Source: Mytilus californianus
Lineage: Eukaryota
Direction: 5' to 3'
Assembly (NCBI RefSeq): GCF_021869535.1
Contig: NW_026262690.1
Span: 77,996,001-78,060,000, forward strand
Length of the DNA: 64,000 nt
Shown here: one piece after another, positions 26,201-37,700 of the stretch
Layout: each line of letters starts with the position of its first letter
Position numbering within the stretch: the first letter of the stretch is position 1
Program-made: the position numbers and the translations under genes
The notes under the pieces: generated by a model
The model's database searches: none
Told to the model about the DNA's origin: nothing
Seen by the model: only the letters and a program-made list of their open reading frames with translations

Positions 26201-29200
26201 TAACGCCATACAGACATAGAAATTGACATTAAAAACGATCTAGATCTAACATTCACAACGTTGTAAATTTAGTATGATAATCATTCTTAACGTAAGACAG
26301 GAGTGGAATATTGGTAGTTACAGTGGTAACGCAGGCAAACACATCAGTAGAATTTGTGATTTGGGCAATTCTTTTACCGATTTGTTGGAAGTGCTTCCTG
26401 CATAACACTAAACTACAAATTATTACGACCCAGGAAATATGACAGCAATTTTATGACCAGCTGCAACTACCATCTCTAAAAGATCGTCGAACCCAAAACA
26501 GATTTATCCTCTTCTGCAAAGGCATACACGATCAAGCCAACTTACCATCTGTTTATGATGATCTGATCAACTCAACGGAGAAAAAAAAACATCTAGGACA
26601 ACCAAAAACATGCATTTATATGGCCAACATTTCCTGAGACTGCAAACAAAACCAGACACATTAAAATTCTGCTTCATACCAATACAATTAAAGATTGAAC
26701 CTACTACAACTGGGTATTTTCACCAAGATTTAAACAGCAGAAGAACCAGCTAAAACTTTCAGTGTCACAGTGAGGGGTGTCCAACTAAGCGAATTACTAG
26801 AATCACGTTTGGTGTAGTAATATCCTTGAATGATTCACTGTATACCTATCAAGATCAAACGATAAAGCAACGACATCACCGAACTGAAAAAATTAAATTG
26901 TGACAATATACATGATAAAACATGCATAAGAATAAAAGAGAATCCCAAAGCTGATGATACATGAATTGAAATGGCACCTCAACCGAAACTATTTTATTGA
27001 TCTTTTTTTTTTTTTTTTAGAATAAAGGTTTTTCCTTTAAAATTTTGAAATTTATTTATATATGCTTGTATCATTACAAAGTAATATTAAAATAAAATGG
27101 AAAATGGAAAGGGGAATGTGTCAAAGAGACAACAACTGAACAAAGAGCAGAAAACAGGGAAAACAGCCCAAGACCACCAATGGGTCTTCAACAAAGCAGG
27201 AAAATCCAGCACCAGAGGCTGGCTTCAGCTGACCCCTAAATAAAGGCAACAGTAGTATACCGCCATCTAAAAGTCATAAATCGATTGAGAGAAAACAAAT
27301 CCCGGTTACAAAGTTAAACCGAGGGAAACACATCAACTTTAAGAGGAAAACAACGAAATAACAGAACACAGAAGTGCAACAAAAAACAAACAACAATGCA
27401 ACATTCATAGAAACGATATATTAAATAACAACTGCCATATTCCTGACATGGTACAGGACATTTTAAGAAAAAATGGTGGGTTGAACCTGGTTTTGTGGCT
27501 AGCCAAACCTCCGCACTTTATGGCAATGTTAAATATACCGCTAACATGACAACATTACATGACGGGAACAGAGTACAAATAAATGCAAAAACACCAAAGA
27601 CAGAGAAATACATAAATAAATATTATAATAGTACATTTCGACATGTTAACCACATAATAACTAAAATAATTTAGGATAGTACACAAAACAGCTTAATAGA
27701 ATTACGAAGTGTGTGTCTGTAACACGAATGGATCAACGCCACAAAAAGTAACGTCACATTTTTTGAGGTTTGCAACTACTTCACGGTATGGCCTTCAACA
27801 CAGAGCAATGTCCACATGCATATATTCATGTATATATACCCGGTATGTAAATTTGATTATCATTAAATTCTACAGGAAAGCAGTGACTTAAGTGGAATGT
27901 ATTGAAATGTTCCTTTCGTTTAGTTAGTATATAGCATCTTATGGGTTCATTTGAATGGTATAAATTGGTGTGGTTTTGTATGGTCAGTCCTTTATTAATG
28001 TTCAGCTTGTTAATATACAGAAATATTTTTGGATGTATATACAAGCTTTATACATGCATTTATGCTTTGTATACTTTATTTAAAGTAACATACAATGCAT
28101 CAATTATAATTTACATTAAACACGGACGCATGCCTGTTCAAAGCTGTTGCACTTTTTCATGTTCAGCAGGATCATATTTATTTGATTAGACTACACAAAG
28201 TTGTAGGTTTTGCTACAAGTTAACCATTTTATACTTGGAAATGTTTTGAAAAGATTAAACTGGATGTTAGAGAACAAATAGAGAAGCAAAGAAGGTTAAT
28301 ATAAGAACTAGGATGTGAGATATATAAAATATAAAGCACCGAAACTATGTAAATTTCTAATCGCTCGCTTGCTTAAAATTCTTTTCACAGATTTTTTTTT
28401 AAATATTTCAAAAATAATATCGCTCGCTAGTAAAAAATTTCTTCGTCTGCCAAAAATCAATTTTCAGAAAAAAAAAAACAAATGAAAAAATTTCGCTCTC
28501 TCGCTACCCTTTTTCAAAGGAAAGAGTCCGAAGAACTAGAATTTGATTTGGTGTGGCCTAAACGTATTCTTTTTTTTTCGGCTTAAAATTTGTTTAATTT
28601 TCTCAAACGAACTCATAAACGTATTCTCTATTTTTTTTTGCTTTACCAAACTTCTAATATAAATGGCTTTCAGTATAAAACAACTATTTTCAACATTTTG
28701 ATTTGTTAACAGCGAACTTCATTTAAACGATATAACCTGTGAGAGCCATATGGAATGTCCAACTTTCGATTAAATTTGTCCATTTGAAAAATACTTCATC
28801 AATAAATCTGTATGTTTGTGAAACAATAAAAGTTTTGACCAACATATGCTATTTATATATTTTTTTTAAAAATTTTTTTCTAGTAATACTTGAAATTTAA
28901 TGATCGAAGACAGTACCAAAGAGATGTTTCTCTCCGCGGTAGTTGAAATCAATGCATATCCCTGTACTATTTTAAATATGCATTGAAATATTGTATAATT
29001 TACAGGTGAAGGAGAAATTTGATGCACCAGAAGAAAAACAGTGGTTTGGAACTTCAAAAGGTGATTTTTTTATTATCACAAAAGAAATAAGGACTATCGC
29101 AAATATTTTCAATCAGGTTCATTCAAAAATATATATGAAACAATACTGGATTTTTATGGTCTATTCGGTACGTACAAGACATGCTTTCTTCTACCAGGAA

Positions 29201-32200
29201 AGGATCTATACTATAACTTTGATTACTCATTACTTGATATTATCGATTTTGTCTTCATACGGTTTCTTTCATAATTATTTGAATTTTTAAATCTCTCATT
29301 AAGAAAAAGCATTTGTCAATAAAAAAATAATACCGAAAAATATTTCCTTGGAGTGCGGTATTTTTGCTATTTGTTATTTGTGTGTTGAAGTCTTCGTTTC
29401 ATCTCAATCTAGAAGAAGTAATACTTTTTATATACATATCTATAGTATTAATACCATTAAAAATCTAGAATACCATACCGGAATGTATTAGTATTAGGCT
29501 TTATTTTTTAGACGAAGAACAAATTGAGACTTATGGACTTAAATGTAGACAGAAAGTCGCAAATGCCAGGGTAAGAACACTGTTTCTTTATGCTTTATGC
29601 AAATTAAATGAATTGAAAGGAGACATTCGCACAGGAAATGATTATATCTTGGGTCATAAAATTTAAATTGAAGAATCAAACAGTCAAGAAAATTCCATAT
29701 ATATAATTCTAAAAGGCATTATAAAAGATTCAAAGTCAAAATGTTCTCTAAAACATATACTAGAGACTCCGTTTTCATAGATACATAAGATGAAAAGGAT
29801 GAACAATAATTCATTAAAATTATATTTCTTTTGTTAATCAGATGTAATGTTTAACATCAATACTACTCAACCATTTTTAAATTGAATTTAATTTGAACAA
29901 GCCTTGTAAATTTTTTACATATCTTTCTTCTTATTCCTTATCATTATCTTCAATTTTTGAGTATCAAAATCAATGGAACGTTAATGTTGCTTTTTCAAGA
30001 ATCTTATATTTTTATACCCGCATGTTTCAAATTCCAACACATTCCTGATCAATAGTTTTATTTGTATGTAACTAAAAAACTTTACTAGTTAAGATAAACG
30101 CATAAAATATACCCGAACTATATTTTATGCGTTTATCTTAACTAGTAAACACATAAAATATACCCGGCCTATAAACGAGTAATACAAACTGTTATTAGAT
30201 ACGAGTGTTTATAGCCTTTAGAATAACTGATTAGGACATATTCAAAATAAAATTGAAAATAAATAACTTATGGTACTTACTGTCATATGAGTGAGAGGTT
30301 TAGCTAGCTATTAAACCAGGTTTAATCAACAATTTTCTACATAAGGTGGTGTCTGTACCAAATCAGGAATATGACAGTTGTTTTCAATTCGTTTTATGTA
30401 TTTCAGCTTTTGATTTTGATATTTAATAAGGGTCTTTCCGTTTTAAATTTCCCTTGGAGTTCGATATTTTTGTTATTTTACTTTTTCAAATGCTTATACG
30501 TGGTAAAGAGAACCCGATCGACAATCTCAGCAAACCGATGGTTCTGCAATTCAAAACTGCTTGTAATTTAAAGTTATTGAAAGACATCATTACATGCAGC
30601 TCTCTCTCTCTTTCTGTAAACATCATAGCTGAGCATCAACTACAAATATACTGTTGGCATACCTTAGTGATGGAACAGTATAATATGGATTAATAAAGGA
30701 TTTCTTTTTGTCACTTGGATTGGTAAATTCTTTTACCGTTTAAAAACAAAAGTTTTTCTCGAATCTTTAAATAATAAGTAATTATCGAATTCATGCAATA
30801 ATTATACATGAAATCCATGCATATTGCTGCACACATATTGATTTTTACAGACTAAACTTCATCTGCCTTTGTGCAAATCAGAAGAATCTAGCCGAGAACA
30901 TGATAAGCTCAGATGTAAATGGCAAATGAACAAACAACCTCCTATACGTTCGTATGGGTAAGTTTTTGTTAAACAGAATTGTCCTATATATCTTTTTAAA
31001 GTACAGGAAATTTTTTTTACTATAAATTGTGATAGGAAACTGGCTATAGAAATCTTCAACATATAGTCTAAATAATGACACTTGCATTATCTTTGAAAAC
31101 AAATAGAAAACCGTCATTTAGTGTGATTTCATTGCCAATATATTAGCACACACTTATTAATACAAAATCATGTATTCCGTTTTGAATTTCTTACAAAAGA
31201 GTATTTTGTGGTTTTGATTTATTTTATATGTTTTGTTTCTATCACGAAAAATCTGTCCTTAAGAAAACTATGTACGCAAAAGCCTAATGTTTGTCACAAC
31301 GTCTAATGTCTGTTACATACCGCTATGTTCTAAGGTTCATTCTTATTGTAGATTAGAGACTGTAAATAGAAATGCAGAATATGGTATCATAAAATGTGTT
31401 GTTGAAAATTTACTACCGAACGTTCAACAGGAGTTTACAGAAAAAAATAATATTAAAGCATATAATGGAAGAAGTTCAAAGGACAAAGAAACATTCCACA
31501 ATTCTGCAGTTTTTTCCACTTTAAAAAAATGGGATAAGAAATCTAATGTTTTGATGCCAAACCAGTCAAATAATGAAGATCGACCAGTGGTTAGCATAAG
31601 AAATGTAACTAAATATAGTTGTGGTTTAGGAACAATTGCTTGTGTTAACAAGGAAACTACCAGGAATGATACCCTGTTGTTTAAACCAGACCCTGTGTTT
31701 GAAACAATCAATCAGTTTTCAGATGAAGTTGCAGGAATCTGTCCAAAACTTTCAAAAACAGAAACAAATGAAGCCGCCAAAATGGAATACACACGAAAAC
31801 CAGTAGACTTTCCCTTAATAGTTTGTGAAAAGGACCCGGAACCGGAATCCCGTTCAACATTTTCACCGCCACTCGATCACAATTATTTCAATTCAAATAA
31901 AATTGTTGTACCAGTAGGTAATGGAGAACATCGTCAACATAGACAATCTTACAAACCACATTCACTGAAAAAAATCAGTGAAGTTATCTTGTTGGCAAAA
32001 CAACTATCCGATGTGAAACCCAAAGCAAGAAAGTTATATGAAACTGTATGTGTTTTGATGAGAAACAGGTATATAATATATTAAGTCAGTCAAGTTTGGT
32101 AGACTTTGAATTGAAAAGTCAAAATGTAAAACGTCTGATATCATAAAAACCAAATGGCCCTAACAGGATAGCCAAACCAGTTTAAGATTAACTTTTTTTC

Positions 32201-34786
32201 ATATATGACAGTTGTTTTCCATTCGTTTGATGTGTTTGAACTTTTGATTTTGCCATTTGATTAGGGACTTTCCGTTTTGAATTTTCTTCGGAGTTCGATA
32301 TTTTTGTTATTTTGCTTTAGACTTAGAAAGCACAATCACGTTTAATGAACTGAAAATATACAAATAATGGTATCATTTAAATCAAGGCTACAGTAATCTA
32401 CCGATATTCAAATCTCGTAAATCGATTAGTATGAGACAAACAAAAACTGAATTACACTTTTGAAGTTTGAAAGGAGCGAGAACAGGTTTGTCGACAGGGT
32501 AAACGTCTCCTGTTATGCATGCATCACCCGCCAAGCGAATTCACACTCAGTCAAAATGTCATGAACGGAAATAAGACACAATCGGTTAAATCACAGATAA
32601 GACTACTTTACAGGCATCATAATATCGTAAACTGCGAAAAATATGTCGCTAGTGAGTTGAGACAACTTTACATCGTATCGGTCAACCAAATCGTGATAAT
32701 GACTGTAAAACTTATGCAGTGTTGATTTCCGTCATTCTTCCTTATAACTCTCTTAGAGTATTTTTTTGCAAGGAACACCTGTTAATGAAGTCCATTTGTT
32801 GTGAAGATGCCCAAGCGTTACGTATTAACTTCGATATGTAAACGCCATTCAATGTCTCAGAGGGTATGTAATTGCTGAGAAACGGGAAGTTGGCAATTGG
32901 AAAGTTGAAATCATTACGGTTGCCACAGATGCTAGTTTTGAGTCATCTATACGTGTCAATATCGTATCATTAGTCTTAAGTTCACTAGGACATATGGGAT
33001 ATAAAAAAAAAGGAAAATCACAAATATACTGAAAATTGTGGATTATTGAGTGATGAAATATCATCAGTATATCTGGAGGTGAAATAAAGAACTTTGCAAG
33101 ATGCCTTTCCTTGTATGAATTCAGCTTCATATTAGTACAAAAATAAGTCGGTCAGAAGTTCTGCACTGTTATTACCCATTTGAATAACGGTTGTCTGCTG
33201 AAATGTCAATGCAACAAACTCAACAAATATGTTTAAAAAACTAAAGCATTTTGAACATATCAACTTGACGGTGTATTTGTTGTGGGAATCAGTGTGAAGC
33301 CTCACAAAATAAGATTTTTCGTTACCTGAAACAAAGAGTTTGTATCTGCGTTTCCAATTTTTGTAGAAAAAGCTCTGTTTAATGAGACGATGTAGTGATC
33401 TTTCAGTTGCGCATGGGGAATAGTAGTGTAAAACGAAACAAAACAAAATACTGCATTTCAGTCGGAATGTATTCTCGGTGGACTTGTAGTCAGGAAAATG
33501 GCCATTGTTATATTATAGTTCGTTTCTGTGTGTGTTACATTTTAATGTTGTGTTTTTGTTGTGTCGTTGTTCTCCTCTTATATTTGATGCGTTTCCCTCA
33601 GTTTTAGTTTGTAACCCGGATTTGTTTTTATCTCTATCGATTTATGAGTTTCGAACAGAGGTATACTACTGTTGCCTTTATTGAAGACCTCAATCAACGG
33701 TGACGCGGAGAAGGGGAAGTAAAAATGTACAAACATTTTGACAACATATAAATCAAATTATTCTTAACAATCAACAAAAAAGTCGTAAAATAACAGCCAA
33801 CGTCGTATAATGTCAACTTTGCTTTAGGATAGTGCAGCCTCAGCAATATTTAGAAATGTTATATTCATATCTGACCTACTTAACTTTTCTAATATATTTA
33901 GGAATAGAAGAAGGAGAAAAAAGATGAAAGACCGTTTGAATGATCTGGGAGTAGATTGGAGGATGGGTGTTACAGAACTTGAATTAGAAGATATACCTCA
34001 AAGTAATTTCAATTGTTTGAGTTTGTAGCATAGAATGAAAATATTTTGTGTTTTTGGACGAAACATTCATTAGAAGAAATTAAATTATATCCTTTTGTGG
34101 GTTCTTATTTTTTCAAAAAAGATGCATTGTCCTGAAATATAAAATGAAAAAAAATAAATCACCCCAACTGACTTATCTCATCAACTAACTTATAAAAAGA
34201 TGAATTCTGTCCATCAAAGCATGTAGGTTCACTCAAAGTTTTTTTTTGTTATAAATGCGCTTACAACTTTCCGAACGCAACTGCTGAGTCTTGATAACTT
34301 ATTATTTATTTACCAAATGATCAACTACATTTCATTTACATATTTACAGGTATTGGTTGTTATTGTGGAACAGCTGTTGTACTCCATTCAGAACATAAAG
34401 AAGACTACCATGACGCAGAATATTTTCTTAAAGAAGTGAACAGAATATTGCCAGAGGTCAAAATAGAGCTTCAAGAAGAGGTGCGATTGCCAGGAAAGAG
34501 AAAACTTGACGTACGGCCGTATTTTTCTAGACAATATATTTTTGTGTTATTATCTAATTACAAGAAATCGCAAACGTTTAAATACATAGTCGACATGTGC
34601 TTGCTGTTATCCTTACAGGAGGAGGATAAACATGGAAGAGTTATTCCCGTTTTGTTTAGAAAGGAAGATGAGCTACCTGACGCGTTTCTTCTAAAAGAAC
34701 CAATAGAACATTATGATCAAAGTTCAATGAATAGACTGACACTTTTGTTTAAACCAAAACTACAAAGATCGATGTCTTGTTTGTGA
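22733..34786 (+). CDS. Predicted HEPN (DZIP3-like) - coiled coil - low-complexity linker - TIR (TRIF/TICAM-like) protein, 9 exons, ~721 aa
   Basis: Exons 22733-23234 (acceptor possible at 22694), 24236-24294, 24537-24665, 29006-29060, 29512-29570, 30851-30957, 31352-32068, 33902-34002, 34350-34786. All introns are GT-AG and the phases chain 1,0,0,1,0,2,2,1 with no in-frame stop; total 2166 nt ending TGA. AATAAA at 34951-34956. The start codon and the joining of all exons into one transcript are inferred. Confidence 0.72.
23442..24138 (+). mobile_element. HINE-like element in the first intron after the HEPN exon
   Basis: Subterminal inverted repeats AACCGGATTTT (23447-23457) / AAAATCCGGTT (24102-24112). 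(GGCG)n microsatellite at ~23498-23515. 3' hairpin GCTGTCA-TT-TGACAGC (24114-24129). T-rich ends. Confidence 0.85.
25031..25643. mobile_element. 613-bp MITE with TTAA target-site duplication (Kolobok-like, GG termini)
   Basis: TTAA (25027-25030) + GGTAGATAGGGTGTCT ... AGACACCCCATCTACC + TTAA (25644-25647). TIRs match at 15/16. No ORF. Confidence 0.85.
26400..26740 (+). mobile_element. 3' fragment of a non-LTR retrotransposon ORF2
   Basis: Decayed reading QLQLPSLKDRRTQNRFILFCKGIH...FIPNTIK, resembling the C-terminal RR...RL..YKI...F.P.TI..WN region of CR1/RTEX-like LINEs. Confidence 0.5.
27241..27600 (+). repeat. Abundant interspersed repeat, variant B (other copies ~33488-33680 -, ~45530-45810 -, fragment ~14112-14150 +)
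   Basis: Shared GGCAACAGTAGTATACCGC...CCTGAC.TGGTACAGGACATTTT...GGTTGAACCTGGTTTTGTGGCTAGCCAAACCTC sequence among the copies in this window. Confidence 0.85.
34350..34786 (+). CDS. TIR-domain terminal exon (TRIF/TICAM-like) of the HEPN-TIR gene
   Basis: Reads AVVLHSEHKEDYHDAEYFLKEV...EEVRLPGKRKL...RQYIFVLLSNYKKS...LLLSL...RVIPVLF...TLLFKPK. This parallels the recalled TRIF TIR elements FVILHARAD / EDFQVPGRGEL / FIILLLTSNF / CVIPFL / NTFK. BB-loop Pro-Gly at 34490-34495. Acceptor TTACAG at 34349. Confidence 0.75.
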
Positions 34787-37700
34787 TACCGGTAATACAA
34801 ATGAAGGTTGAACTGTCTTAGTATACAGTGTGAGTTGATTCGCTGTTCTATAAAAGTTGTTTAATATAATGATCGCCACATTTTTGTATATTTATGAGAA
34901 TTTGTTATCTTACTTTATTATTTTATTCAATATATGATGCAATTTATACTAATAAATCTTAAAACATTTGCCTTATCAATAAATCAAATTAAAATGACTT
35001 ATTCCTAACAATAAGATTAAAAAAACAACATAACAAAACAAACACAGACTGTAGTAAAACACCTGTCAATGGCATAGATGAATGTATGTAAAATCCTGTA
35101 CATGTAGCGTAAAAACCTTTAAGCTCCATTAATATTATTTGGAACAACCGAATACACTTTGCAATGTTATCATCTTCTAGATCACAACTGGCAAATAAGA
35201 TAAAAGCAAATGGTATTTTTTTGTTTGAATATTTTTTTGGTCGTAATATACCGTTGTCAAACCATTTCTAATGATTTCTAAAGGCTTTTCCTTTATCAGG
35301 AACGCTCAAATTTAAATATATGAAAGTCAAGGATGTATAAGAACCAGAAACATGTGAAGAGCTACATGACCAATAGGGCCCTAAAATTATAGCTCCAATC
35401 TAACAAGTTATGATTTGATTGTGAATGAATAAGGCGTTAAATAAAGTTAAAATGTGCATATCAACATTTTTTTTCTTCAAGTATATTCCCTTACAAAGGT
35501 TAGCAATCCTTTTGGTCTCTAGTTACCACAAAACAATGTGTCCCACCATTGAGTGTCAGAAATAATTTGGTTAAACTCCAGTAATTTAACAATTTGTTTT
35601 TATCGTTTAAAGAATTAAATAAAAAGTCGAGCTTACTTGCAGTAACTGAAAAATATTTTAACACAAACATTGAACTCCAAGGTAAATTCAAAAAGGGAAA
35701 GTCCCTAAAAACTTACAAAATCAAATGCTCGACTTAAGAACAGAACAAATAGAAAACAACTGTCATATGTCTGACTTGGTAAATACATTTTCTGAAAATA
35801 ATGGGTTAAACTGAGTTTTATAGCTAGCCAAACCTGACCACATTTTAAATACGGTATAATTTTGTTATTAAGTTGTTTGATTGTTTGATTTCTCTTTACT
35901 TCCTCTATTATGCTGAAGATATATATATATATTTATAACATAAGTATACTTATTACAAGAAAAAAAACATAAGTTACAAAGGGGGGACGAAAGATACCAG
36001 AGGGACATTCAAACTCATAGATCGAAAATAAACTGACAACGCCATGGCTAAAAAAGAAAAAGACAGACAAACAATAGTACACAAGACACAACATACAAAA
36101 TACAATCAAAGCAACAACAAATAAACAACAAAAAGCCCATACCTTTTTATATATATGTATATTTATATGCAGCATTTGTCTGATAATAAATAATAAAGTG
36201 TCAAAAGTTAAAATTATGCTTAGATAATTAGCATATACATTTTTGATACTAATTTTTAGTATGTTCTAATAATTTTATATATTTCTTTGTTAATTTTTCA
36301 TCTATACTAAAAAAAAGAACGGTTGGGATTTTGAATAACTAGTATTACTGCATACTTCACTGCACTCTCTTCAACTCACAACCATTCACTGAAGCAGTTT
36401 GTTAAAATATTTTACCAATATATCAGTTTGTGGGAGAAGAATTCAAACTGCAATTTGGTAAACTGTTTGAGCAATTGCTATTGAAATAGGCCAAAGCCTA
36501 CTGAATAAGCACAGTTATTCTTCTAGATATTTGAAGAATTGTGTGTTGATAAATCTAAAATATCTTTGGTTAGTTTTGTTACATTATCCAGTTATTTACA
36601 TCGATTATAGATTTGAAACAATTTATAGCAAGACATATTGTAAAGAAAACTGTCTATAATTGAAGACTGTACGTTGCCCTCTGTGTGTCTCTTGGTTATT
36701 TACATTGTTTTCGCATTGCTGTCGCATTGACATATACGCTGCATTTCTTTTTTTCATATACAAACGTAGCTTTAGTTAAATAAACACTCACGGTAACGTT
36801 ACAGTAATTGGACTATGTCACAGATTTTTTGTTAAAATTTTGCTTGAAACTTTGGGTCGTTGAAATTTAACTGAACATCGGAAAAATTAATGCATATGCC
36901 ACTTTTATTTTCTGAAATATTTCTGATCGAATTCTTTCAAAATAGGTGAAATTTTGAAAAGAAAGAACATCAAATCCTTGAAAAACGTTCCTAAATTTGT
37001 CTTTCAATCATTAAATCGTCTATTTCAAATACATAAATAATTTTTAATAAATGTTAATAAATTTCTGTTTTAGTGATGTAAAATAATGATTTGGTCAACC
37101 TATATGAACATACCTGGTTCAATATTGTCTACTAGGTACAAAGTAATACGTATATTTAGTTTGAAGGTTCTGAAAATATGGATGGTGTGATACGATGGTC
37201 TTAACACGCAGTTCTTCTTCTTATATGTCAGAATGTAATTTCAGTGATAAAGCTTTTATTAATAATATTGTGCAGAGGCACCACTGAATGTTTAGTTTAG
37301 AATTAAAGAAAGCAGATAAGTACTAAGTATAAAATATTAAAAAATCAAATCAAACACAGATGAACATATAATTTCCACTTTTGCAAATAATAAAAATTTC
37401 TCCTTAGCAGTAAATCAGCCTTTCAACATTATTTATGTTTACTTATCCATTTGCTAGATGTAATCCGGTTTGTCAGATTAATTTGGCCTACAACACTTGA
37501 CAATTCAGTTTTTCAAACATACTAAAATTAATATAAAAATATGTAAAATTTTCGATTAAAACTATATAATGTTTAAAGTGCTGAATTTATAAGATGACAA
37601 AATATTTTTTATGATTAAATTGTACTGGATACTGATCTTTTTTCCAATACAGAAACAGCAAAAAAAAATTCAAAATTGATGTGACCATGACTTTATAGTA

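Larger units (their letters stand above)
26038..28559. mobile_element. Possible non-autonomous TIR element carrying nested repeats
   Basis: AGGCCACGCCAAATTAATACCTCGTTCGTCGGA at 26038 is an imperfect ~33-bp inverted repeat of the sequence ending ...GATTTGGTGTGGCCT at 28559. No clean TSD. These could be two independent termini. Confidence 0.45.

Noticed and set aside
31287-32084. Standalone 265-aa gene
   Set aside because: It has an internal acceptor (31351) and donor (32069) in phase with neighbouring exons, so it is better explained as exon 7 of the HEPN-TIR model.
34350-34786. TIR as a SARM1/Thoeris-type NADase
   Set aside because: Manual alignment places Ile at the catalytic Glu position; kept as a scaffold-type TIR pending structural alignment.
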